NCBI GenBank assembly: GCA_019240665.1
Contig: JAFAXZ010000017.1
Location: 1-58,391 of the forward strand
Length of the DNA stretch: 58,391 nucleotides
Direction: 5' to 3'
DNA from: Pseudonocardiales bacterium
GTDB taxonomy: Bacteria > Actinomycetota > Actinomycetes > Mycobacteriales > Pseudonocardiaceae
In this document: in pieces, positions 1 to 9,300 of the stretch
Numbering within the stretch: the stretch's first letter is position 1
Layout of the letters: every line of letters begins with the position of its first letter
The notes under the pieces: generated by a model
Database searches by the model: none
Told to the model about the DNA's origin: nothing
What the model saw: the letters and a program-made list of their open reading frames with translations, nothing else
Position numbers and translations under genes: made by a program

Positions 1-68
1 GGGAGATTGTCTCCCGTTCCTCGACGCACAACGGCGTGCCCCCACTCATCAACCATCCCCCCAGAATA

Positions 69-110
69 TCCCCCAGAAAGGGGGACACCTTAGCAGATCA
101 AAATCTGCTA
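69..110. repeat. Two adjacent short inverted repeats: tccccc-agaaa-ggggga (69-85) and tagcagat-caaa-atctgcta (91-110), in an AT-richer patch
   Basis: Read directly from the sequence. They lie upstream of the 166-572 reading frames. Confidence 0.6.
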
Positions 111-165
111 GAATAAAGGCCTGTCGCTACGACCGTTTGAGCCCAAGCGGAGATGAGCACCAGCG

Positions 166-572
166 GTGATCTTCAAGGAAGTCCGGCAGGGCCGCCCCTA
201 TCCCGAGCACGGGTTTTCCATGAAGGACTGGGCGCAAATCTCGCCCCAGCAGGTGCGCTTGGCGGATTTGGTCACCACCGCGACGGTGGTGGAGCTGGAG
301 CGGCTGCTATCCGAGGACTCCACTATCCGAGGACTCCACTATCCGAGGACTCCACGCCTTTCGGCGATCTGTTCCCGCACGCAGTGCGGTGGTGCGGTGA
401 GCTGTTCTTAGAGGACAGTTTGCATCGAGCCCTATGCGCCGACCTACAACAACACACCGCACTACACGTCCGGATCCTGGACCTAGACCTCCTCCGCATC
501 GTCCTCGGCGTTCAGCGGGCTCAGCGGAGCTCATCGGTCGAAGACCAGAAGACCACCCGCTCAGCCCACTGA
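166..572 (+). pseudogene. Hypothetical protein, possibly with a degenerate ParB/Srx-like fold, disrupted by a 16-bp tandem triplication
   Basis: The frame-1 N-terminal part (FSMKDWAQISPQQVRLADLVTTATVVELERLLSEDST) looks protein-like. The frame-0 C-terminal part (LSEDSTPFGDLFPHAVRWCGELFLEDSLHRAL...) also looks protein-like. The two join seamlessly if two of the three 16-bp repeat copies are removed. Confidence 0.35.
309..355. repeat. 16-bp tandem repeat atccgaggactccact, 3 copies (last copy 15 nt)
   Basis: Perfect copies at 309-324, 325-340 and 341-355. Confidence 0.95.
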
Positions 573-581
573 ATGCGATCT

Positions 582-1625
582 TTACACTGCATGGAGCCGC
601 TTGGGTTGGATGAGGAACGGATTGGCTTTCGCGCCTGTCGCGAATCCAGCCATGCCCGCTATCTCATCATCGCCCAATCCTCGCTCACGCATCCTCGCGC
701 CAATTTCTTGCGCCAGTTCCGCTCGTTCAATAGGAAGTTCATCACTGGCTGGCTCACAAACCTTCCATCCTCGCGAATTGAGCGCCTTGTAGAAGTCCAC
801 ACGATCGCTCGATTTAACGAATCCAAGACGGTAGGCCCGCTCGAAAATAGCTTGCATGGAAACCCCCCACTCACGCTTCAAGTCGATGAGCTTCCCGAGA
901 GTGAGGTTGCGTAGCTCTGACCGGATGACATGCTCTGGCATGAGGAATTCGGCGGCAAACGCGTTCGCTTCTTCTTCCATGTTGGCGGTGGCGAGAGAGC
1001 TATGTAGGCAAAGGTGACCCAGCTCGTGCGCAAGGGTCAGACGCTTCCTATCTGTGGGGAGTCTGCTATTGATCAAGATGACCGGATGGTCCCCGATCCA
1101 CTGGGACAACCCATCAATGCGTATCGTGCCGAAATCCTCCTCAATGACGACGCATCCCGCAGCCTCGAGCCAACGAATGAGATGCAGGACCGGACCGGCA
1201 GGCATCTTCCACTGCGCGCGCGTGATCAGCGCTGCCGTAGCAGGCTGCGTCCCTTCTGGGTCGAAGGTTGGGATGATGTTGGTCGACCGGATCGACACCT
1301 CCTCGAACAGCAGCGAGATGTGCAGGCGATACATGGTCAAGCGGGCTTCAAGCCGCCGCCAGAGTGTTGCTTTCGTGGTTTTCTGTCTCCGCATATGCGA
1401 ATCAATCGCCAAGGCACCCTGCGTACGCTGTCCATACCGCAGAAAGCTGACTGTAACCCCATAGATCTTTGCGAAATTGGCGAGTGTTTCGTCATCAGGT
1501 ATCCGCTGATCGTTCTCGTATCGTGAGAGCGTCGCCTGTGTGATGCCAAGCTGGCCGCAAACGTCGTCCTGCGTGAGGCCTTGCGCTTTTCGCGCCACGA
1601 GCAGGGCTTCACCCGGTCCGATCAT
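582..1625 (-). CDS. XRE-family HTH fused to an ImmA/IrrE (COG2856) zinc metallopeptidase domain
   Basis: N-terminal HTH (LTQDDVCGQLGITQATLSRYENDQRIP). HEXXH motif (AHELGHLCLH) followed by EEEANAFAAEFLMP. Confidence 0.9.
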   Translation of the reverse strand: MIGPGEALLVARKAQGLTQDDVCGQLGITQATLSRYENDQRIPDDETLANFAKIYGVTVSFLRYGQRTQGALAIDSHMRRQKTTKATLWRRLEARLTMYRLHISLLFEEVSIRSTNIIPTFDPEGTQPATAALITRAQWKMPAGPVLHLIRWLEAAGCVVIEEDFGTIRIDGLSQWIGDHPVILINSRLPTDRKRLTLAHELGHLCLHSSLATANMEEEANAFAAEFLMPEHVIRSELRNLTLGKLIDLKREWGVSMQAIFERAYRLGFVKSSDRVDFYKALNSRGWKVCEPASDELPIERAELAQEIGARMRERGLGDDEIAGMAGFATGAKANPFLIQPKRLHAV

Positions 1626-2272
1626 GATAACGAGCCCTCCTCGTCTCGTTCGTTGATACGAGTCACATCAAAGAGATCGACGGTAGGAAGGTCAGGTCGG
1701 GTGATCGGCCGCCAGCCTATGGTGTCTGCGCTCTCGCCGGGCTCATCAAGCTCAACGGCCCAGAGGGGGTTGTCTTTGCCGTCCCGGTATGAGATCACGG
1801 CCGGACCAACCCGGCGTTCCTGCGCGATCCACCGATAGCCCGCGCCCAACGTGATCGCCTCAAGGCTCGGCAGTTGCGATCCCTGCGCCCAGAACTCCAG
1901 GGCTGCAGCTGTTGGGTATGTGCTGATCTTGTCCTCTGGGTGGTGCCGCTTAAACCGAACCTGGTATTTCTGCGAAATCCAAATCTCTCTGACCGGTTCG
2001 CGATCGATCGTCTCAATGCCTGGGGTGCCATCGACAGCCGCAACCAGCCGAGCCCAGATGCGGTCATGGATGAGGTTGGCAAGGCATCGCCTGCTCATAG
2101 AAGGGAACCAGGCCGGTTGCCACTTCCGAAATTCAGCGAGGTCCTCGCGTGCCCCACGAACCGACCAGGCCAGGTCCGTGAGGAACTTGTCGCCGAGGCC
2201 GGACATCACTGCCCGCTGATCATGAGGCGAAAACATACCAGAAAATATACCACCGTCGATCTTGGCCGGCAC
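1622..2272 (-). CDS. Hypothetical protein translationally coupled to the XRE-ImmA/IrrE gene
   Basis: 216-aa ORF with a protein-like composition. Its stop overlaps the downstream start (ATGA at 1622-1625). No motif recognised. Confidence 0.55.
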   Translation of the reverse strand: MPAKIDGGIFSGMFSPHDQRAVMSGLGDKFLTDLAWSVRGAREDLAEFRKWQPAWFPSMSRRCLANLIHDRIWARLVAAVDGTPGIETIDREPVREIWISQKYQVRFKRHHPEDKISTYPTAAALEFWAQGSQLPSLEAITLGAGYRWIAQERRVGPAVISYRDGKDNPLWAVELDEPGESADTIGWRPITRPDLPTVDLFDVTRINERDEEGSLS

Positions 2273-2483
2273 AAGGGGACACGCGACTGCGGAGCCGCCA
2301 GCACAGGATGATCACCACTTGCGCACCGGAAGCGACACCTGATGTCGCTCTCGACACCCTATCTGGCGATCACGAGGCGTGGGCAGCATCTAAGCTTACC
2401 GTGACCACCGGTTCGGCTATCGGACAGACCCCGACCGGAGAGGCCGCCCCCTTGCTGGTCGTCCCTGTTCCCACCCGTGTTGG

Positions 2484-3695
2484 TCAGCTGACGAGCAGGT
2501 CGCGCACCACGGTGTCGGCGAGCAGTCGGCCGCGGGGGGTGAGCACCAGGCGGTCGCCCGGGGTGGCGGTGAGTAGGCCGTCGGTGATTGCACGATCGGC
2601 GGCAGCTCGCTCGGATGCGTCGAGCACGTCCAGCGGCAGCCCGTCGGCCAGCCGCAGCCCGAGCATCACCCGCTCGGTGTGCCGCTCCCCGGGGCTGAGC
2701 ACCTCCCGGCCGGCCGCCGGGGAGCCACCGGCCTTCAGCACAGTGGCGTAGCGGGCTGGATGTTTGACGTTCCACCACCGCACTCCACCAACGTGCGAAT
2801 GCGCCCCCGGTCCGGCGCCCCACCAGTTCCCCCCGGCCCAGTAGCCGAGGTTGTGCCGGCACCGGGACTCGGCCGAAGTGGCCCAGTTGGAGACCTCGTA
2901 CCAGTGCAGGCCCACCGCGGACAGCGCCGTGTCGATCTGCTCATAACGCTCGGCGAGCACGTCGTCGTCCAGGCCGGGCAGCTCACCACGGGCTACCCGG
3001 CGGGCCAGCGCGGTGCCTGCCTCGACGACCAGGGCGTAGGCCGACACGTGGTCAACCCCGGCGGTCAGCACCGCGTCCAGGGAGGCGGCTAGGTCGTCGT
3101 AGGTCTCCCCCGGCGTGCCGTAGATCAGATCCAGGCTGACCTGCCCGATCCCGACAGCGCGGGCCTGCGCCGCCGCAGCCACCGGTCGGCCAGGGGTATG
3201 CAGCCGGTCCAGCACAGCCAGCACGTGCGGCGCGGTGCTCTGCATCCCCAGCGAGACCCGGGTGTAGCCAGCCGCAGCGATCCCGGCGAAGAACTCCGGT
3301 GAGGTGGACTCGGGGTTAGCCTCGGTGGTCACCTCAGCACCCTGGACCAGGCCCAGCGACCCGCGGATGGCATCCAGGACCGCAGCCAGGCCACCGGCGC
3401 CAAGCAGCGACGGGGTGCCGCCGCCGACGAACACCGTGTCAGCCGGCACCGGCTTTCCGAGTACGCGGGCAGCGAGGTCCAGTTCCCGGCGTACCGCGTC
3501 CAGCCAGCTGGACGGTGATGACGAGGAGCCCAGCTCTCCCGGGGTGTAGGTGTTGAAGTCGCAGTAGCCGCAGCGGGTGGCGCAAAACGGCACGTGCACG
3601 TACACCCCGAACGGCGCCTGAGCCAACTCGTGCAGAACCGTGGCGGGCAGTGCGCCGTCAGGTGGGGCAGGGCCACCGAGGGGTAGGACAGCCAC
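2484..3695 (-). CDS. hemW: Radical SAM heme chaperone HemW (HemN-like, oxygen-independent coproporphyrinogen oxidase family)
   Basis: CATRCGYCDF radical-SAM motif and HemN-family layout. GTG at 3695 is preferred over the ORF-track start at 3770. Confidence 0.88.
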   Translation of the reverse strand: MAVLPLGGPAPPDGALPATVLHELAQAPFGVYVHVPFCATRCGYCDFNTYTPGELGSSSSPSSWLDAVRRELDLAARVLGKPVPADTVFVGGGTPSLLGAGGLAAVLDAIRGSLGLVQGAEVTTEANPESTSPEFFAGIAAAGYTRVSLGMQSTAPHVLAVLDRLHTPGRPVAAAAQARAVGIGQVSLDLIYGTPGETYDDLAASLDAVLTAGVDHVSAYALVVEAGTALARRVARGELPGLDDDVLAERYEQIDTALSAVGLHWYEVSNWATSAESRCRHNLGYWAGGNWWGAGPGAHSHVGGVRWWNVKHPARYATVLKAGGSPAAGREVLSPGERHTERVMLGLRLADGLPLDVLDASERAAADRAITDGLLTATPGDRLVLTPRGRLLADTVVRDLLVS

Positions 3696-3959
3696 GTGAG
3701 CATTGTCCCAACATCCGAACCTGGGTAGTCGAGACCGCGCGCGGGTGGCAGTCTGGTGGGGTGGGCGCACTCGGACTCTTGCTGGTGGCTCGCCGCCACG
3801 TCGACTATGTCCGGGTTTCCAGCGCGCTGTGCCACCCGATGAGCTGACGCCCCGCCCGATTGCTGTTCAGCCGGCGCTGGGTGCGCCCGGAACCGGGCGG
3901 AACACGACCTGGTCACGGCCTCCCCGGCACGCCGGTGCTCCCTTGACGGAGGCACTCCG

Positions 3960-5642
3960 ATGTCCGCACCAGTCCGCCGAGCACCAGCGGCGAAAGCCCG
4001 CCGGGGGGAGGGCCAGTGGGCCCTGGGCCATCTCGAGCCGCTCAACCCTAACGAGCGGACCAAGAAAGACGACGACGGCCTCAACGTCCGGCGCCGGATC
4101 GAGATGATCTACTCTCGGCGGGGCTTCGACTCGATCGACCCCGCCGATCTGCGTGGCCGATTCCGCTGGTGGGGGCTGTACACCCAGCGCCGGCCCGGCA
4201 TTGACGGCGGCCGCACCGGCACGCTGGAGCCCGAAGAACTCGACGACTCCTACTTCATGATGCGGGTGCGCATCGATGGCGGCGCGTTGAGCACCGAGCA
4301 GTTGCGGGTGGTGGGCGAGATCTCCCGGCTCTACGCTCGCGACACCGCCGATATCACCGATCGGCAGAACATCCAGTACCACTGGATCCGGATCGAGGAC
4401 GTGCCCCCGATCTGGGAACAGTTGGAAGCCGTCGGGCTGTCCACTACCGAGGCTTGCGGCGACTGCCCCCGAGTGGTATTGGGCTCTCCGGTCGCGGGTA
4501 TCGCCGCCGACGAGGTTATCGACGGCACCCCGGCGATCGAGGAGATCAAGCGGCGCTACATCGGCAGCCCTGAGTTCTCCAACCTGCCCCGCAAGTACAA
4601 GACCGCGATCTCCGGTCTGCAGGACGTCGCCCACGAGGTCAATGACATCTCCTTCGTCGGAGTGGTGCACCCCGAGCACGGTCCGGGATTCGATGTGTGG
4701 GTCGGCGGCGGCCTGTCCACCAACCCGAAGATCGCGCAGCGGCTGGGCGCCTGGGTGGCGCGCGACGAGGTGCCCGAGGTCTGGGCCGCAGTGACGGCCC
4801 TGTTCCGCGACTACGGCTACCGGCGGCTGCGGCACCGCGCCCGGATCAAATTCCTCATCGCCGACTGGGGCGCGGAGCGCTTCCGCGAGGTGCTGGAGAC
4901 GGAGTACCTGCACCGCACACTTATCGACGGTCCCGCGCCGCAGCCGCCGCCCGCGCCGATCGACCACATCGGCGTGCACCGCCAGCAGGACGGCAAGTTC
5001 TACGTCGGACTCGCCCCGATGGCCGGGCGCGTCTCCGGCACCACGCTGGTCGACGTGGCCAAGGCCGTTGAGCGCGCCGGGTCCGCCCGGGTTCGGCTGA
5101 CCCCGTATCAGAAACTCGTCGTGCTCGACGTTGCCGAGTCCGACGTGGACGGTCTGGTCGTCGAGCTGGGCCGACTCGGGTTGCGCGCCGATCCGGGCCC
5201 GTGGCAGCGCTCGGTGATGGCCTGCACCGGCATCGAGTTCTGCAAGCTGGCCATTGTGGAGACCAAGAACCGGGCGATCACGCTGATCGCCGAGCTGGAG
5301 CAGCAGCTCGCCGACGTTCAGGCCACGCTGGAGACTCCGGTCTCGGTGCACCTCAACGGCTGCCCGAACTCGTGTGCCCGGATCCAGGTCGCCGACATCG
5401 GACTCAAGGGCCAACTGGTCACCGACGCTGAGGGCAACCAGGTCGAGGGCTTCCAGGTGCACCTGGGCGGCGGGCTTGGGCTGGACAGCGGATTCGGCCG
5501 AAAGCTGCGCGGGCACAAGGTGACCTCTGCCGAACTGGCCGACTACGTAGCGCGGGTGGTCCGCGGTTACGCCCAGCAGCATGTGCCGGGCGAGCGGTTC
5601 GCGCAGTGGGTAGCCCGCGCCGACGAGGACGCTGTGCGATGA
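3960..5642 (+). CDS. sirA: Ferredoxin-dependent sulfite reductase (SirA/NirA/CysI family)
   Basis: N-terminus GQWALGHLEPLNPNE...DLRGRFRWWGLYTQR, as I recall for mycobacterial SirA. It heads the cys operon. Confidence 0.9.
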   Translation: MSAPVRRAPAAKARRGEGQWALGHLEPLNPNERTKKDDDGLNVRRRIEMIYSRRGFDSIDPADLRGRFRWWGLYTQRRPGIDGGRTGTLEPEELDDSYFMMRVRIDGGALSTEQLRVVGEISRLYARDTADITDRQNIQYHWIRIEDVPPIWEQLEAVGLSTTEACGDCPRVVLGSPVAGIAADEVIDGTPAIEEIKRRYIGSPEFSNLPRKYKTAISGLQDVAHEVNDISFVGVVHPEHGPGFDVWVGGGLSTNPKIAQRLGAWVARDEVPEVWAAVTALFRDYGYRRLRHRARIKFLIADWGAERFREVLETEYLHRTLIDGPAPQPPPAPIDHIGVHRQQDGKFYVGLAPMAGRVSGTTLVDVAKAVERAGSARVRLTPYQKLVVLDVAESDVDGLVVELGRLGLRADPGPWQRSVMACTGIEFCKLAIVETKNRAITLIAELEQQLADVQATLETPVSVHLNGCPNSCARIQVADIGLKGQLVTDAEGNQVEGFQVHLGGGLGLDSGFGRKLRGHKVTSAELADYVARVVRGYAQQHVPGERFAQWVARADEDAVR

Positions 5643-5652
5643 AGGAGATTGC

Positions 5653-5817
5653 GTGACGGAGGTTGGGGCAGTTCCGTTCTACTGCCCGTACTGCGGCGAG
5701 GAGGACCTGCGGCCGGCGGAAGAGTCACATGCAGCGTGGCGTTGCGCGGACTGTCAGCGGGTGTTCGTCGTCCGCCTGGTGGGACTCGTAGCCCCAGCCC
5801 GAGAGGCAGCGGAATGA
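5653..5817 (+). CDS. cysX: Small 4-Cys zinc-ribbon protein between the sulfite reductase and cysH (CysX-like)
   Basis: Hand-translated 54 aa, absent from the ORF track: VTEVGAVPFYCPYCGEEDLRPAEESHAAWRCADCQRVFVVRLVGLVAPAREAAE. Its stop overlaps the cysH ATG (ATGA at 5814-5817). The position matches cysX of the Corynebacterium cysIXHDN cluster, from memory. Confidence 0.55.
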   Translation: MTEVGAVPFYCPYCGEEDLRPAEESHAAWRCADCQRVFVVRLVGLVAPAREAAE

Positions 5818-6506
5818 CGGCGACCGTCAATCTGGAGCAGCTGGCACGCCGCGCCGGGCGGGAACTGGACGCCGCCCCGGCGCAGGAGATCGTGCGCTGG
5901 GCGGTGCAGACCTTCGGTGCCCGGTTCGCAGTGGCCACGTCGATGCAAGACGCCGTGCTGGTGCACCTGGTGTCGCGGGTCGCTCCGGGTGTCGACGTGC
6001 TGTTCCTGGACACCGGGTACCACTTTGCCGAGACGTTGGGCACCCGGGACGCCGTGGCAGCCACCTACGACGTCAACTTGATCACCGTGACACCCCGGCA
6101 GACCGTCGCGGAGCAGGACGCCTCGTATGGACCCCAGCTGCATGACCGCGATCCCGACTGGTGCTGCTGGTTACGCAAGGTGGCGCCGCTGGATCGCACG
6201 TTGGCGCACTACGACGCCTGGATCACCGGGTTGCGCCGGGCCGAGGCACCGACCAGGGCCAGCACGCCGGTGGTGTCCTACGACGCTCAGCGGGGCAAGG
6301 TCAAAATCTCCCCGATTGCGGCCTGGAGCGACGCCGATGTCGAGGACTACATCGCCACGCACGGCATTCTGATCAACCCGCTGCTGACCGTCGGTTACCC
6401 GTCGATCGGCTGCGCCCCGTGCACCCGGGCGGTGGCGGTGGGGGAAGACCCTCGAGCCGGACGCTGGGCAGGCTCGGCCAAGACGGAATGCGGGATCCAC
6501 CGTTGA
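5814..6506 (+). CDS. cysH: Adenosine 5'-phosphosulfate (APS/PAPS) reductase
   Basis: Fe-S type motifs CCWLRK and SIGCAPCT, plus the C-terminal ECGIH. ATG at 5814 is preferred over the ORF-track start at 5649. Confidence 0.9.
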   Translation: MTATVNLEQLARRAGRELDAAPAQEIVRWAVQTFGARFAVATSMQDAVLVHLVSRVAPGVDVLFLDTGYHFAETLGTRDAVAATYDVNLITVTPRQTVAEQDASYGPQLHDRDPDWCCWLRKVAPLDRTLAHYDAWITGLRRAEAPTRASTPVVSYDAQRGKVKISPIAAWSDADVEDYIATHGILINPLLTVGYPSIGCAPCTRAVAVGEDPRAGRWAGSAKTECGIHR

Positions 6507-7039
6507 GCCGGGGAGCTACCGTCTGGCTCACCGGACTGTCCGGGGCCGGCAAGACGACGATCGCTTCAGTCCTCGCCGGGCAGCTGCGCGCCGCCGGCCG
6601 GGAGGTCGAGGTACTCGACGGCGACGAGGTGCGCCGCGGCCTGTCCGCCGGACTGGGCTTCTCCCGTGAAGACCGGGACACCCACGTCCGCCGGGTCGGA
6701 TTCGTAGCCGAACTGCTCGCCCGGCACGGTGTCCTCGCACTGGTTCCGGTCATCGCCCCCTACGCGGCCACCCGCGATGAGGTCCGGGCCCAGCACGAGG
6801 CGCACGGCACCGGCTATCTGGAGGTGCACGTGGCTACCCCGCTGGCCGAGTGCGTTCGCCGCGACGTCAAGGGCCTCTATGCCCGGGCAGCGGCCGGTGA
6901 GCTGACCGCGATGACCGGCGTGGACGATCCGTACGAGGAACCGGGCAGACCAGATCTGCGCTTGGACACCACCGGTTTGGACGTCGCCGCCGCGGCAAGG
7001 CGCGTGATGGACCTGCTGATCGAGAGGGGCATGGCATGA
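6488..7039 (+). CDS. cysC: Adenylylsulfate kinase
   Basis: P-loop WLTGLSGAGKTT and a typical length of about 183 aa. The start ATG at 6488 overlaps the cysH end. Confidence 0.85.
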   Translation: MRDPPLSRGATVWLTGLSGAGKTTIASVLAGQLRAAGREVEVLDGDEVRRGLSAGLGFSREDRDTHVRRVGFVAELLARHGVLALVPVIAPYAATRDEVRAQHEAHGTGYLEVHVATPLAECVRRDVKGLYARAAAGELTAMTGVDDPYEEPGRPDLRLDTTGLDVAAAARRVMDLLIERGMA

Positions 7040-7968
7040 CGGCGATCATGACGGCACCGGTTAAACTGTCTACAGTAGAGACTGATTACGTGGCAGCGCT
7101 GGAGTCCGAGGCGGTGCACATCATCCGCGAGGTGGTCGCCGAGTTCGACCGGCCAGTGCTGTTGTTCTCCGGCGGCAAGGACTCCGCGGTGCTGCTGCAC
7201 CTGGCGCTGCGCGCGGTGTACCCAGCGCCGCTGCCGTTTCCGCTGCTGCATGTGGACACCGGGCACAACTTCCCCGAGGTGATCGCCTACCGGGATCGCC
7301 TGGTCGCAGATCTGGGACTGCGGCTGCACGTGGCGGCGGTGCAGGACTGGATCGACGACGGGCGACTGACTGAGCGCCCCGACGGCACCCGCAACCCGCT
7401 GCAGACTGTCCCCCTTCTGGACACCATCAACGAGCATCACTTCGATGCCATCTTCGGCGGCGGCCGCCGCGACGAGGATCGGGCGCGAGCCAAGGAACGC
7501 ATCGTCAGCCTGCGCGACGCCTTCGGCGGCTGGGATCCTCGCCGGCAACGTCCGGAGTTATGGAGTCTCTACAACGGCCGGCACACCGCCGGTGAGCACG
7601 TCCGGGTTTTCCCGCTATCCAACTGGACAGAACTGGACGTCTGGCACTACATCGCCCGCCGCGGCATCCCGATCCCCAGCATCTACTACGCACATGAGCG
7701 GGAAGTGTTCGCCCGGGACGGGATGTGGCTGACCGCCGGCGAGTGGGGCGGTCCGCGTCACAACGAACGGATACTCACCAAGTCAGTGCGCTATCGCACC
7801 GTCGGGGACGCCTCCTGCACCGGCGCGGTGGAGTCCACGGCCTCGACCATTGATGAGGTGCTCGCCGAGGTAGCCGCCAGCCGGATCACCGAGCGCGGTG
7901 CCACCCGGGCCGACGACCGGCTGTCGGAGGCCGCGATGGAGGACCGCAAACGCGAGGGCTACTTCTGA
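7036..7968 (+). CDS. cysD: Sulfate adenylyltransferase subunit 2
   Basis: PAPS-reductase-fold motifs (LLFSGGKDSAVLLHL) and the C-terminus REGYF. ATGA overlap with cysC. Confidence 0.93.
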   Translation: MTAIMTAPVKLSTVETDYVAALESEAVHIIREVVAEFDRPVLLFSGGKDSAVLLHLALRAVYPAPLPFPLLHVDTGHNFPEVIAYRDRLVADLGLRLHVAAVQDWIDDGRLTERPDGTRNPLQTVPLLDTINEHHFDAIFGGGRRDEDRARAKERIVSLRDAFGGWDPRRQRPELWSLYNGRHTAGEHVRVFPLSNWTELDVWHYIARRGIPIPSIYYAHEREVFARDGMWLTAGEWGGPRHNERILTKSVRYRTVGDASCTGAVESTASTIDEVLAEVAASRITERGATRADDRLSEAAMEDRKREGYF

Positions 7969-9254
7969 TGGCAGCGCTGACGTCTCGACCCTGCGAGCAG
8001 GTCTCGAGCTTGCTGCGGCTGACCACCGCGGGTTCCGTCGACGACGGCAAGTCCACGCTGGTCGGGCGGTTACTGCACGACACCCAGTCGATCCTGGTCG
8101 ATCAGCTCGCCGCGGTGGACCGGGCCACGCGTGCCCGGGGCGGTGTCTCGTTGGATCTCGCCCTGCTCACCGACGGGCTGCGCGCCGAGCGGGAGCAGGG
8201 CATCACCATCGACGTCGCTTACCGCTATTTCGCCACCCCGACCCGTAAGTTCGTGCTGGCCGACTGCCCCGGACATGTGCAGTACACCCGCAACACCGTC
8301 ACCGGGGCGTCCACCGCTGAGCTCGCCGTGGTGCTGGTCGACGCGCGCAACGGACTGGTGGAGCAGACCCGGCGCCACCTCGCCGTCATGGCGTTCCTGC
8401 GGGTGCCGCACGTGGTACTCGCAGTGAACAAGATGGACTTGGTGGACTTCGACGAGCCGACGTTTCGCCGCATCGAGTCGGAATTCACGGCGGTGGCGAG
8501 CTCGCTGGGCGTGCCAGATGTGATGTCCGTGCCGGTGTCCGCGCTGCACGGCGACAACGTTGCGACTCGCAGCCGGCACACCGGGTGGTATCAGGGCCCG
8601 ACGCTGTTGGAGCACTTGGAGGCGGTACCTGCTGGGCGGGAGGCGGTGGCCGAACCGATGCGCTTCCCGGTGCAACTGGTGCTGCGACCCCGCACCCCCG
8701 AGCATCCCGACTACCGCGGTCTGGCCGGCCGGGTCGCCTCCGGGGTACTCAAGGTCGGCGACGATATCGTCGCGCTGCCCTCCGGAGGCCGCTCCACGGT
8801 TGTTGGCATCGACACCCCCGACGGTCCGATGCCGCGCGCCGCCGCCGGGCAGTCGATCACCGTGCTGCTTCGCGACGAGATCGACGCGGGGCGCGGCGAG
8901 GTGCTGGCCCACCCGGAGCAGCCGCCGCGGGTGGTTACCGAGCTGGACGCGGACCTGTGCTGGTTGGCCGAGGCGCCGCTGCGGGCTGGCGCGCGGGTGC
9001 TAGTCAAGCACGGCACTCGCACCGTCCAGGCACTCGTCACCGAGCTGACCGGGCGGCTGGACCTGCATACCCTGCGGCCTACCGAGGCACCGACCGCGTT
9101 GGAGCTCAACGAGATCGGTGGCGCGCAGATCCGGCTCGCCCAGCCGCTGGCGGTGGACTCCTACGCCACCGACCGCCACACCGGCAACTTCCTCGTCATC
9201 GACGCCACCAACGGCAACACCCTCGCCGCCGGACTCGTCGGCCCCGCGGCGTGA
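7968..9254 (+). CDS. cysN: Sulfate adenylyltransferase subunit 1 (GTPase)
   Basis: GTPase motifs GSVDDGKST, DCPGH and NKMD. The start overlaps the cysD stop. Confidence 0.93.
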   Translation: MAALTSRPCEQVSSLLRLTTAGSVDDGKSTLVGRLLHDTQSILVDQLAAVDRATRARGGVSLDLALLTDGLRAEREQGITIDVAYRYFATPTRKFVLADCPGHVQYTRNTVTGASTAELAVVLVDARNGLVEQTRRHLAVMAFLRVPHVVLAVNKMDLVDFDEPTFRRIESEFTAVASSLGVPDVMSVPVSALHGDNVATRSRHTGWYQGPTLLEHLEAVPAGREAVAEPMRFPVQLVLRPRTPEHPDYRGLAGRVASGVLKVGDDIVALPSGGRSTVVGIDTPDGPMPRAAAGQSITVLLRDEIDAGRGEVLAHPEQPPRVVTELDADLCWLAEAPLRAGARVLVKHGTRTVQALVTELTGRLDLHTLRPTEAPTALELNEIGGAQIRLAQPLAVDSYATDRHTGNFLVIDATNGNTLAAGLVGPAA

Positions 9255-9300
9255 GTGCCGGCGCATCGGGCGCTGGTGCCGGCCGGGGAGCCGCCGCGCG

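Noticed and set aside
1-150. tRNA gene or att site at the left edge as an integration target
   Set aside because: No cloverleaf-compatible sequence was found. Only short hairpins are present, and the window edge prevents boundary analysis.
3867-5582. 571-aa ORF antisense to the sulfite reductase gene
   Set aside because: Its composition is Arg/Gly/Ala/Pro/Val-rich with no motifs. It lies entirely opposite a well-supported gene. This is the typical long antisense ORF artefact of high-GC DNA.
5649-5813. N-terminal extension of cysH given by the ORF track (start 5649), and similarly 6161-6487 for cysC
   Set aside because: The extensions are Gly/Arg-rich and overlap better-supported frames (the CysX-like ORF and the cysH 3' end). 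Internal ATGs at 5814 and 6488 give canonical protein N-termini.
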